Below are positions 48,989-58,600 of a stretch of 64,000 nt of DNA, piece after piece. The DNA is taken from contig JBFXLE010000008.1 of NCBI GenBank assembly GCA_050173015.1, positions 32,584 to 96,583 of the forward strand, in the 5' to 3' direction. A program made the position numbers and the translations under genes. Source of the stretch: Calditrichaceae bacterium. GTDB lineage: Bacteria; Calditrichota; Calditrichia; Calditrichales; JBFXGD01. The notes under the pieces are model-generated. The model saw only the letters and a program-made list of their open reading frames with translations, ran no database searches and was not told where the DNA came from. The first letter of the stretch is position 1. Each line of letters opens with the position of its first letter.

Positions 48989-49915
48989 TTACTGAATCCG
49001 ATTTTCATATATCTGAACCTTTTGAGCTTTCATTAACCGGTCAGCCAGACTCTGGTAAGCCTGTCTTTGTTTTTCCATCGCCAGATCCTGAGCCGCCTGT
49101 TGTCCAACTTCACTGAATGACTTATGTCTGATTATCTTCCCGTCTTTATCTTTTTCCGCATAATTTTCTTTGTTCGCTTTATAATATAATTCCACATCGG
49201 CAGGCTCTATCTTTACCTGACTCTCCATTTCCTGCTGTAGTAATTTTTCAGCCATCAGGCTTTTTTGCGCTCGGAACGTTCCTTCGATTACATCCTTTTC
49301 TTTGTCAAAGCCCTGCCGCTTTGCCGAGTCATACAGTAATTCCTGCAGAAGATACTGCTTTAAAAATTCCAGTTTCTTGTTTTTATCTTTAAATTGTTCA
49401 CGAATATAGACCGGCATTTTTGAAATCTCAAATTCCAAATCACCCTGAGTCAATTCCCTTGAGCCTATTTTCGCGATCACCGCGCCCTCCCGGTGCTCTT
49501 TTACGGTTGATTTATCGAGCGCCGCTTCCTGTTCATAAATGCGGGCGGCGTCAGTGGACCGCTTCAATCGTTCGAGAGAGCTTACAATCCGTTTGCTCAC
49601 GTCACCCTGCAGACTGCTTTCCGGGTAAAGGTATTTTACTTTAAAATAATATTCCAACGCTTTCTCATAGTCGCCGATCCGATCATAATATATATTCGCG
49701 ATGGTATAATAGGTATTCGCGCTTCTTGACGGTTCCGGATCAGAATCTTGCAAATAGGCGAGATATTCATTCACAGCCGCCGGGTATAAACCGTTGGTAT
49801 AATAGGCATTTGCGAGTTTTAATCGACTTTCTTCAGAAATACTTTCTTTCATATCCCGGGAACAGGAAATTATAAGAAATCCTAAAAATATATAAACAAG
49901 AATCTTTTTTATCAT
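48989..49915 (-). CDS. Lipoprotein with TPRs and a PrsA/SurA-like chaperone core, lacking the parvulin domain
   Basis: Lipobox IISC; TPR region; AVIAKIGSRELT..LLYDSAKRQG..VELYYKANKENY..SFSEV..LMKAQKVQI. Confidence 0.72.
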   Translation of the reverse strand: MIKKILVYIFLGFLIISCSRDMKESISEESRLKLANAYYTNGLYPAAVNEYLAYLQDSDPEPSRSANTYYTIANIYYDRIGDYEKALEYYFKVKYLYPESSLQGDVSKRIVSSLERLKRSTDAARIYEQEAALDKSTVKEHREGAVIAKIGSRELTQGDLEFEISKMPVYIREQFKDKNKKLEFLKQYLLQELLYDSAKRQGFDKEKDVIEGTFRAQKSLMAEKLLQQEMESQVKIEPADVELYYKANKENYAEKDKDGKIIRHKSFSEVGQQAAQDLAMEKQRQAYQSLADRLMKAQKVQIYENRIQ

Positions 49916-49973
49916 TTTTAAATCTCTCTTATCCTCTTTATTTCTTCAGATCCGTATTAGGCTTTTCTCATCT

Positions 49974-50975
49974 TTAAACGGCCAGCCGCCGCGCCCGCAT
50001 TTTAAAAAATTTTGTAATCGGTTTTATATAAGAACGATCGGTCAGTATATTGATATGATCCACACCGATAGATCTGAAAAGATTAGTGAGTGTTTCCTGC
50101 TGCTGAAGAGATTGGTTATAAAAGCCTGTACGAATCATCGCGCTTCCTGTATCAACCAGGACTGCTTCCCCCGTTTCAGCGTCTTCAAGTTCAATCATCC
50201 CCACATTCGGCAGATCCACCTCCCTCGGATCCATAATGCTGATTGCTATAATATCGTGCTTCTTGTTGGCGACCTGTAATGATTTTTCAAAATTTTCCGT
50301 AAGAAAATCAGACAGCAGAAACACGGTGCTTCTGCGTTTGATTACCCTGCTAAGGTATTCCAGAGCCACATTCAGGTCGGTGCTTGCGTCCTGATGCTTA
50401 TAAAAAAGTATTTCCCTGATTACACGCAGAACATGCTTTTTACCTTTTCTCGGCGGTATAAATTTTTCAATTTTATCCGAGAAAATAATCAGGCCCACTT
50501 TATCATTATTCTTTATCGCGGAGAAGGCAAGAACCGCTGAAAGCTCTGCCGCTACTTCACGCTTCAGCCTTTCGGCTGTTCCGAAATTACCGCTCGAGCT
50601 AACGTCAACAAGGAGCATTACCGTCAATTCGCGTTCTTCTTCAAAAACTTTCACAAACGGATGTCCCATCCGCGCCGATACGTTCCAGTCAATGGTCCGT
50701 ACGTCGTCGCCGGGCTGATATTCGCGAACTTCCGCAAATTCCATTCCTCTGCCTTTAAAAACAGAATGGTATTCACCCGAAAACACTTCATTAACGACAT
50801 TTCTGGTAGAAATTTCGATTTGCTGAACTTTTTTAAGAAGTTCGCGGGAGAGGATGGCTCCATTATTTGCCGAAGCCCGGACCGGCATTGATTTACTTAC
50901 ATTTTTCATATAAATGAAATATGCAATGACTGCCAGGAATAAAACCAGGACTCCGCTGCTGATAATATAGATCAT
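49974..50975 (-). CDS. DUF58 (vWA-like) MoxR partner protein
   Basis: GRGMEFAEVREYQPGDDVRTIDWNVSAR, EEERE, DVSSSG, LSDF. Confidence 0.93.
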   Translation of the reverse strand: MIYIISSGVLVLFLAVIAYFIYMKNVSKSMPVRASANNGAILSRELLKKVQQIEISTRNVVNEVFSGEYHSVFKGRGMEFAEVREYQPGDDVRTIDWNVSARMGHPFVKVFEEERELTVMLLVDVSSSGNFGTAERLKREVAAELSAVLAFSAIKNNDKVGLIIFSDKIEKFIPPRKGKKHVLRVIREILFYKHQDASTDLNVALEYLSRVIKRRSTVFLLSDFLTENFEKSLQVANKKHDIIAISIMDPREVDLPNVGMIELEDAETGEAVLVDTGSAMIRTGFYNQSLQQQETLTNLFRSIGVDHINILTDRSYIKPITKFFKMRARRLAV

Positions 50976-51024
50976 ATCTCTTTAATCAAATTTATAGTTC
51001 GTTATTGTTTTTGTTAATCACCGT

Positions 51025-52014
51025 TTAAGGTACTTCGACTCTGTTCAGGACTTTTCTTATCACATCTTCGGTTGTCATATTTTCCGCTTCAGCTTCATAG
51101 GACAAAATCACCCGGTGACGCATTACATCCATCCCTATGGAACGAACATCTTCCGGAGTCACATATCCTCTCCTTCGGAGAAACGCATGCGCTTTCGCGG
51201 CAAGTGTCAAATAGATCGAAGCCCTTGGACTTGCTCCAAAAGTGATCAGATCCTTTAATTCATCAAGTCCGTATTCTCCCGGCTCACGAGTGGCGAATAC
51301 GATATCAACAATATATTTCTCGATTTTTTCATCCACATAAACTTCACGCACCACTTCGCGCGCCTTAATAATATCATCCGGCGTTACAACAGGTTCGACC
51401 CCATTGGGCTGAAATTTTGTCTGACGACGGATGATTTCCAGTTCCTCATCTTTTGAAGGATAACCCACACTTATTTTTAGCATAAAACGATCCACCTGCG
51501 CTTCCGGCAATGGATATGTCCCCTCTTGTTCGATCGGATTCTGTGTCGCGAGCACAAGGAACGGGTCTTCCAGCTTGAATGTGTTTTCACCGATAGTGAC
51601 CTGACGTTCCTGCATTGCTTCCAGCAGAGCGCTCTGGACCTTGGCCGGTGACCGGTTAATCTCGTCCGCGAGAATCAGATTGCTGAAGATCGGGCCCTTT
51701 TTAGTGGTAAAAACTCCGTCCTTCTGATTGTAGATCAGTGTTCCCAGGAGATCCGCAGGTAAAAGATCGGGGGTAAATTGAATTCTTTGAAATTTTGTAC
51801 GGATGGTGTTTGACAATGTTTTAACGGTCAATGTCTTTGCCAGCCCGGGAACGCCTTCAAGTAATATGTGCCCGTTTGATAATATTCCGATGAGTAACCG
51901 CTCGATCATATAATCCTGACCGACAATCACTTTTGATACTTCATCTATAATTTTCTGAACAAATGAACTTTCATTTTCGATTTTTTCATTGATCGCTTTA
52001 ATATCAGGATTCAT
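51025..52014 (-). CDS. moxR: MoxR AAA+ ATPase
   Basis: Walker A GVPGLAKT, RIQFTPDLLPAD, Walker B LADEINR, ATQNPIEQEGTYPLPEAQVDRF. Confidence 0.97.
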   Translation of the reverse strand: MNPDIKAINEKIENESSFVQKIIDEVSKVIVGQDYMIERLLIGILSNGHILLEGVPGLAKTLTVKTLSNTIRTKFQRIQFTPDLLPADLLGTLIYNQKDGVFTTKKGPIFSNLILADEINRSPAKVQSALLEAMQERQVTIGENTFKLEDPFLVLATQNPIEQEGTYPLPEAQVDRFMLKISVGYPSKDEELEIIRRQTKFQPNGVEPVVTPDDIIKAREVVREVYVDEKIEKYIVDIVFATREPGEYGLDELKDLITFGASPRASIYLTLAAKAHAFLRRRGYVTPEDVRSIGMDVMRHRVILSYEAEAENMTTEDVIRKVLNRVEVP

Positions 52015-52104
52015 CTTTCCTCCTCGGTACTTGAATCTATCATATTTATTTCCTCATATTCATAAACAGAGTATTTGTATCCCAATTAAAATCGGCAGTT
52101 TACT

Positions 52105-53073
52105 TTACGATTTTATTTTTACTTCAGTCAGATCAGCTGCTTTTTCAAAATGGTTTAAAGCCATTTCCACCGTATCATAAAACAGATGGAATTCGTTGAC
52201 TGAAATATCTTCCCCGGCGAATTTTGTCAATTCCGCGCGGTCATACAATTCTTTCAATTTACTGATTACTTCAGGATTTAAATTTTCATTTTTGATTTTT
52301 TTCTGAATCAACTCATATGAATATCCGCCCGTAAGTCTGTATTTTTCAGAAACGTAACTATTAAATATTTTGGTCAGCAAATTCAGGCTTTCACCGGGTG
52401 GTTTTCCGGATGAGTGAATTGTTTCTTTCAGAATCTGCAGATATTTCCGCTCAATGGAAACCGGCTCTGTTTCCGGATTTTGCTGATTCAGCTTTCGTTT
52501 CCTAAAATATTTAAGTACAAAAAAGACAACGGCAAAAGAAAAAGCTATAATAAACAGCCAGACAATGACCATTTCAAGCATAGGGCCATTGTTATTATCA
52601 GGAACGGGTTTGATTATTTTAGCTTCAAGACGGTGGGCGCTCAGTGTTTCCTGCTGCCCGGTCAGGGTGTCTTCATACCGGATGGTAACTCCATCAACAT
52701 ACGCCATTCCCAAACCGACAGGTTTAAAATAGTAGGTAATTTTTTTAACGGAATGCTGATTTCCATTTTCATCAGTAAAGAAACGGTTTGATGATCCGCT
52801 GCCTCTCAGCATTAAATTTGTCGCAGTGGGATCACCCGCGCTTATTATTTTATAACGGCTAAGTTCACCCGACCAGGAGAGTTCTACTACATATACGACT
52901 TCCCGGTTTAGAGGAACCTGTTCCTGATCCATGAAAGTGCGGAGTTCTACAAAGGATTGTGAGCTGTCCGCTTCAGATGCAGCGGCCGGATTCGCTTCAA
53001 TTAAAAGCAACAATAAAAATACGGCACTAAGATTAAACATTACTTTTCTCATTTTCCTTGCTCTGAGTAACAT
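52105..53073 (-). CDS. BatD-like single-pass membrane protein
   Basis: Signal peptide, Ig-like domain (DQEQVPLNREVVYVVEL), TM, helical tail ending AELTKFA. Confidence 0.68.
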   Translation of the reverse strand: MLLRARKMRKVMFNLSAVFLLLLLIEANPAAASEADSSQSFVELRTFMDQEQVPLNREVVYVVELSWSGELSRYKIISAGDPTATNLMLRGSGSSNRFFTDENGNQHSVKKITYYFKPVGLGMAYVDGVTIRYEDTLTGQQETLSAHRLEAKIIKPVPDNNNGPMLEMVIVWLFIIAFSFAVVFFVLKYFRKRKLNQQNPETEPVSIERKYLQILKETIHSSGKPPGESLNLLTKIFNSYVSEKYRLTGGYSYELIQKKIKNENLNPEVISKLKELYDRAELTKFAGEDISVNEFHLFYDTVEMALNHFEKAADLTEVKIKS

Positions 53074-53132
53074 TTGTCCAACAAAAGAAATACTACTAAT
53101 GGTAAATAAAAAAGTTTCATCAAAATAAATGA

Positions 53133-53170
53133 AAAAAACAAAGCTGATATATATTACAGCTTTGTTTTTT
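53133..53170. terminator. Hairpin terminator after the TPR lipoprotein gene
   Basis: Perfect 14-bp inverted repeat AAAAAACAAAGCTG-N10-CAGCTTTGTTTTTT. Confidence 0.75.
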
Positions 53171-53179
53171 GGTTAAAAT

Positions 53180-53572
53180 TTATTGGCCGGTAGTATCGGC
53201 GCCTAAATTTTGAAACATCGGAAGATTGTTTATATCCTTTCCCAGCATATCAAGCTCATATTGCGCGTCATCGGCAAGATCATGCTCCGGGAATTTTTTA
53301 ATAAATTCACTGTAATATTTTCCGGCTTCTTCAAAATTTTCAAGATTGTTCGCGTTTATAAAGCCCAACATAAAAAGAGATTCACCGTATTTTTTTCCGG
53401 TTGGATAATTTTCAACCAGTTTTTTGAAATTTTCCGCCGCGCCGGAGAAATCTTCTTTTGCGTAAGCATCTGTAGCTGATTTGTAATATTCCTCCTCCGA
53501 TTTTATGGAAGAGCAGGAAAATATCATCCCCGTAACTAATAGCAGAACCGTTGTTAACTTCATCAATTTCAT
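53180..53572 (-). CDS. Small TPR lipoprotein (BamD/CpoB-like repeats)
   Basis: AAGGAG SD before ATG at 53572; lipobox IFSC; ENYPTG..SLFMLGFI, KKFPEH..ADDAQY. Confidence 0.82.
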   Translation of the reverse strand: MKLMKLTTVLLLVTGMIFSCSSIKSEEEYYKSATDAYAKEDFSGAAENFKKLVENYPTGKKYGESLFMLGFINANNLENFEEAGKYYSEFIKKFPEHDLADDAQYELDMLGKDINNLPMFQNLGADTTGQ

Positions 53573-53701
53573 TGAAAAATCTCCTTGATAAATCCGCAAA
53601 TCAGATTATTATGAAATTAAAATAAACTATTAATTTAATATGATGTGATTTTCAAAGCAACAATTTCGCATTTAAACCCAATATCTACCGATCACAAAAG
53701 A

Positions 53702-55591
53702 TCAAAACGCGAAGTAGAATCCGAGATGAATCGCGTATGAGGAACCATCCTGATCTTCTCTCATCAGTTTATACCCATAGTCCAGCCTGACCGGTCCAAG
53801 AGGCGTCATTAATGCCAGGCCGCTACCGATGGATACCTTTATATCCGCGGGCCTGAAATCACCGATCTCTCTCCAAACATACCCGGCATCAATAAAATTT
53901 TCCAGCACAAACAGCCAAAATAAGGGTATTCTTAATTCCGCGTTGGTTAAATACAGCATTTTACCCCCCGCGGCTTCTTCGATGTTGCCATCCGCATCCA
54001 ACTTTGAAGCCGGTCCAAGTAACTGCTCCGGATATCCCCGGACAGTATTTGCTCCTCCGGCATAAAACCGGTCACTGATTGGTATCTCTTCTGTCTTGCC
54101 TATCTCAAATATTCCACCCACTTTTAAGCGTGTGGCTAGCGTAAAGTTCCGTCTCCAGTCAAAAATTTTGACCTTTAGCGGCTGATAACGCTGCCAGGAA
54201 CTAATGATGGTAAAGTACTGATTAACTTCCCTTTTATTATTGCTATCCCGGCCAAAACTGTTGGAAAAACTTAAACTCAGATCAGTCAATGAACTGTTCA
54301 CCGGATTAAAAATGTTTTTACGGGTATCTTTCGCGCCATAAAGCCTGACCGTATAAATTTGATTCTGATCCTGACTAATCCCTGTAAGAATTGTTGTATC
54401 AATCTCTGATCCGCTGAGAATATCAAGAAACTTTGCTTCAACTCCACCTGATAACTCAATCTTATTCGTAAATTTATGCAGCACGCTAAAAGATGTTTTC
54501 AGGAGATTGAAATCTCCGCTGTTGGATGGCCGGTACTGGTGATATGATACCTGAAAAATCCCCGGGGTTCTGGTATATCCTATCCATGGTTCCACAAACA
54601 TAAAAGAAATCTTGTTTTCCGGATTCAATATCCGATGTTCTTTTGTTTCGTATAAAAAGGAAGGCGTCACATGAAGACTAACGCTCCGTGCCGTTCCGAA
54701 CAGATTTCTGTGCCCGCCTTGTACAGTGAACTCAAGCTTGCTTCCGTAGTAGTCCTCCTGTTCATTTGCAACTCCAATATGAATACCAAACCATCGCGGA
54801 TCTTTTTCCTGTACATAAATTTTTAGAATGACATTGCCTGGATCAGCCGCGATCGGCTCGATTTCAAACCTGACATACTTAAACAAACCTGTTCCATAGA
54901 TATTTTGCTGTGACAGTTCCATTTTTTCACGATTATACAATTCGCCTTTTTTTACCTCGAGCTCTCTGCGAATTAGAAATTTTTGAACTACTTTTGTTCC
55001 TGTGTACTGAATATCTTTTATATAAACCGTCTGATTTTCCTGAATGGTAAAAAGTGAGATGACCAGTGAATCCTGCTCAAACACATAGTCATTGGTGATT
55101 TTGACAAACGGCTTGCCCGAATTATAGTATACATTTTCCACGCGTTGTTTGGCTTCATTTATCAAGCCTTCATCAAACCGGGACATGAGAGGGATATTTT
55201 TGAATTGATTTATTAGTTTTTCTTCCGGTAACTCACTGACGCCTTCAAATCTTACTCCACCATAATAATATTGCTGCCCTTCAGATATCAGATAGTGGAG
55301 CTCAACTTTTTCTCTCTTTTTTGAATAAATTAGGCTGTCTTCCACCTCGACGGTGAGAAAACCGTTTTTACGGTAAAAATTGTTCAGTAAAATCTTATCG
55401 AGTTTGATCATTCTTGGCTCAAAGGTATCCTTTTTTTTAGAATTAATAATCTCGGTGAGTTCCTTTGCCGTAAAATATTTATTATGACTGAAGGTGATTT
55501 TACTGATCTCACTCGCGGCAAATAAATGCGAAAACAGCAGCAAACTGATTAAAAAATAGAAGATGAGTTGTATTATTCTATTTGATTTCAT
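53702..55591 (-). CDS. tamA: Omp85-family outer membrane protein (TamA/BamA-like, about 3 POTRA domains)
   Basis: POTRA-like N-half (YRKNGF, YNSGK, IYGTGLF), HRNLFG, RFYAGGANTVRGY, TPLGPVRLDYG, C-terminal Phe; next to tamB. Confidence 0.85.
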   Translation of the reverse strand: MKSNRIIQLIFYFLISLLLFSHLFAASEISKITFSHNKYFTAKELTEIINSKKKDTFEPRMIKLDKILLNNFYRKNGFLTVEVEDSLIYSKKREKVELHYLISEGQQYYYGGVRFEGVSELPEEKLINQFKNIPLMSRFDEGLINEAKQRVENVYYNSGKPFVKITNDYVFEQDSLVISLFTIQENQTVYIKDIQYTGTKVVQKFLIRRELEVKKGELYNREKMELSQQNIYGTGLFKYVRFEIEPIAADPGNVILKIYVQEKDPRWFGIHIGVANEQEDYYGSKLEFTVQGGHRNLFGTARSVSLHVTPSFLYETKEHRILNPENKISFMFVEPWIGYTRTPGIFQVSYHQYRPSNSGDFNLLKTSFSVLHKFTNKIELSGGVEAKFLDILSGSEIDTTILTGISQDQNQIYTVRLYGAKDTRKNIFNPVNSSLTDLSLSFSNSFGRDSNNKREVNQYFTIISSWQRYQPLKVKIFDWRRNFTLATRLKVGGIFEIGKTEEIPISDRFYAGGANTVRGYPEQLLGPASKLDADGNIEEAAGGKMLYLTNAELRIPLFWLFVLENFIDAGYVWREIGDFRPADIKVSIGSGLALMTPLGPVRLDYGYKLMREDQDGSSYAIHLGFYFAF

Positions 55592-55603
55592 TTTTCCCTG
55601 TTT

Positions 55604-58600
55604 CTAAAATGTCACTTCCCAGGATAATCCAATCTGCACTTTGTTATTGCCCTGTATGGTTTTTTCATAATAGCTGTCAAAAGACCAATTTCGGTTTATA
55701 CGGTATTCAAGACCGAGTCTGTTACCGGCATCCCAGCTCAGTTTTGGCGCGGGGACACTGTTACCAAACTGCGTGCGGTATTCAATATATAAATCGCTTG
55801 TTAAATATTTTCCAAGAGAAATTGACGCGTCCTTCAGGCCGTTATTGAGTTTCATTTTCTGAAGATCGAGAAATTTAGAATCTGACTCAATCTCCACCTT
55901 ATCGAGCCCGGTGAATGTTTCGGTTCCCCTTTCCACTGCCGTAAGCATCGATGTGGTCGCCACGTCTTCTCCCACATTTCTGAAGGTTGAATCCGTATTG
56001 GATGAGAGCATCTCCGTATCGGCTCCAAGTGTCAGCAGAGTGATTTTATCCTGAGGAGTCATATGTAGTTCATTACCATCCAGATCTTTTACCAGTATAT
56101 CCTGGCGCATTTGTTCCAGGGTTCCCGTAATGTTGAGCTGGAAAATCTTGCTGCTGATTTTTTTCTCCGCGACAATATTGATATCCGGATTGATTTTATT
56201 TGGATTTGTAAAATCGATACTACCTGATTTGACTCCAAAACTCTGATTCAGAGAAGAAAACTTTCCGGATACAACTTCGAGATGCCCATTTATTTTTGTC
56301 AGTTCCGCGGCTGGTTCCAATATGGTCTGAAGATCTCCCAGGATGGTGATTTTAAAATTATTTGTTAAATCCAGCGGACTGCTTGAAATAACAAAATTAC
56401 CGGGTATCTGCACATCGAGATTGTAAGCGATAAAAGGCGGTTGCAGATCGAGAGCTGAAGGACTAATCAGATAAACATTTCTCTGCATCTGTCCCAGATC
56501 CACTTCGTAGAAGCCCTGAGGAATATACACATCCCCGGTAACCATAATCGTGTCTCTGCCCTGAATTTTTAAATTATCCGATGAGACTAAAAGCGATGTA
56601 TTTTCCACAAAATAGTCAACATAAAATTCCTGCGCCAATACATCCAAATCAAGAATCGGACGTAAAACTTCTGACAGATCGACCGTTCCCTTTGCTTCAA
56701 GATATCCTTCCCTGATCGTTTTTCCTCGCAGAAGCGCCGTCAATTTTCTTACATAATGCCAGCCTTTCTCCAGAAAATCTTTTTTCTTCACGGAATAACC
56801 GGAGAAATTATTTATTTTTAATACGGAATCATTGATCTCCGCGTTAAAAGTAACATTTTTTATCTTATCCCTTACCCTTGAAAGCAGAATTTCACCGTTG
56901 TTTAATCTGACAAACCCGCTGGTAACCCCCGGTTTGTTAAGTGTCCCTCCCAGATACAATTCAAGCTCATAATTGCCCAGGATCGTTTCAAGCTGTTCAT
57001 TAAACAGACCGGGTAAGCTGATTTCATTGTCCTTACTCTTCAGCAAAAGTTCGAATGGCTGATCGGCAATATCAAATTCCGGATGGGCCAGGTTTAGATC
57101 AAATTTCTGCCAACCCTTTATATCGAATGAAGTGTTATTGAGACTTCCCTGAAGACTGTCCACCAGAATATATCCGCTGTTATATTGAGCGAACATTCTT
57201 AGTGAATCGACAGTAAAATCTTTATACCTGAAATCAACAAGTGAAAGATTTTGATTCAACACGGGTTGCGAAACGCTGCCGCTCATCTCAAGACTGCCTG
57301 ATGTTGTTCCGCTCAACGGGTATCTTAGCCGAAACAAGGATGAGTAGCGGCTAAGAGATAAATTGGACCAATCTACACTTAAATGGGCTTCAGTATCTTC
57401 CAAAAATCTGAATCCTTTTTTGACATTTTTCCCAAAAACAAGAGCAAGATCGCCGCCTATTATTAAACTGGAGTTTGCCTCCGTAATCATAAATTCCTGA
57501 ATAGAGATATTTTTATTAACATATTGGAACTGGCTCCGGATATTTCCCAGGCGGGTTTCATTATAAATCAGATCATCCACTGTCAATTTTATATCCATTA
57601 TGGGATCATGAAACGGAGTAATAAGTTCTATCCAACCGTTTATGACTCCCCCCGCGCTGAATTTATTTTCCCAGATTTGTTGAAACGGTTCGATCGACAT
57701 ACTGTCCAGCACTACATAAATCTGCGCGTCCTCAATTGTATTATCCCAGAATCCGCTTATTTCAAGAGCAGATTTTTTCGGACCGTGCAAACTGAACCGC
57801 TCGATGCTCACACCGGATGAATCTATTCTGAATTCAATATTCTCATTGTTTGAGAGCCAGTACTTTTCATACTCCGCCTTAAAATTATTAAAAATAATCT
57901 CCGTGTGATCATCATTGAAGGTCACATGAAAAACGGCGCTGATATAATTTTGCAAACTATTTATGCTTAGTTCCGGAATTTCAAGCCTGTTGCTGTCGAT
58001 ATCAACACTCATGAGAACATTAGTCACCGGAATATCTTCAATACTGCCCGATTTAATTCGGAATGTGGCCTGACCATTGCGGCTCGATGCAATTCTGTTC
58101 GTATATAGATCAAGTGAAATACTGTCCAGGTGAACAGTATCATAGTTGAGCTGTTTTATCCAAAATTTTCCCATAATATCAGGATCCACTAGCGGGCCCT
58201 TTGCCATAAATTCCGCATCAAAGGCGGCATCCAGACTATCAATTATACCGAACTGACTAAGAAGGATTCCAAGCTGGTTTTCTTTTGTTGATAACTTTAA
58301 ATCCATCTGATTTTTACTGTCAAGCGTTCCGTAGAGATTAAATCGGGAAAATGAATTGAACTGTACATATGACGGCTGCATAATTTCTTTGTCGCCTTTT
58401 GTAGCCCGGATCGCAAATCGTAATGAATCCAGACTGATATTGCCCAGGCTGCTGTCAAATATATAGAGACTCCCCTGCCCTGTTGGCCTTTTAAAATTCA
58501 ATCCATCCAATTTAAAATTTAAATTACCGTTGATGCGGCTCGGCTCATATTGCCGCGCAAACTGATGGAGGTTAATATTTTTGAATGTCAATAAACCTTC

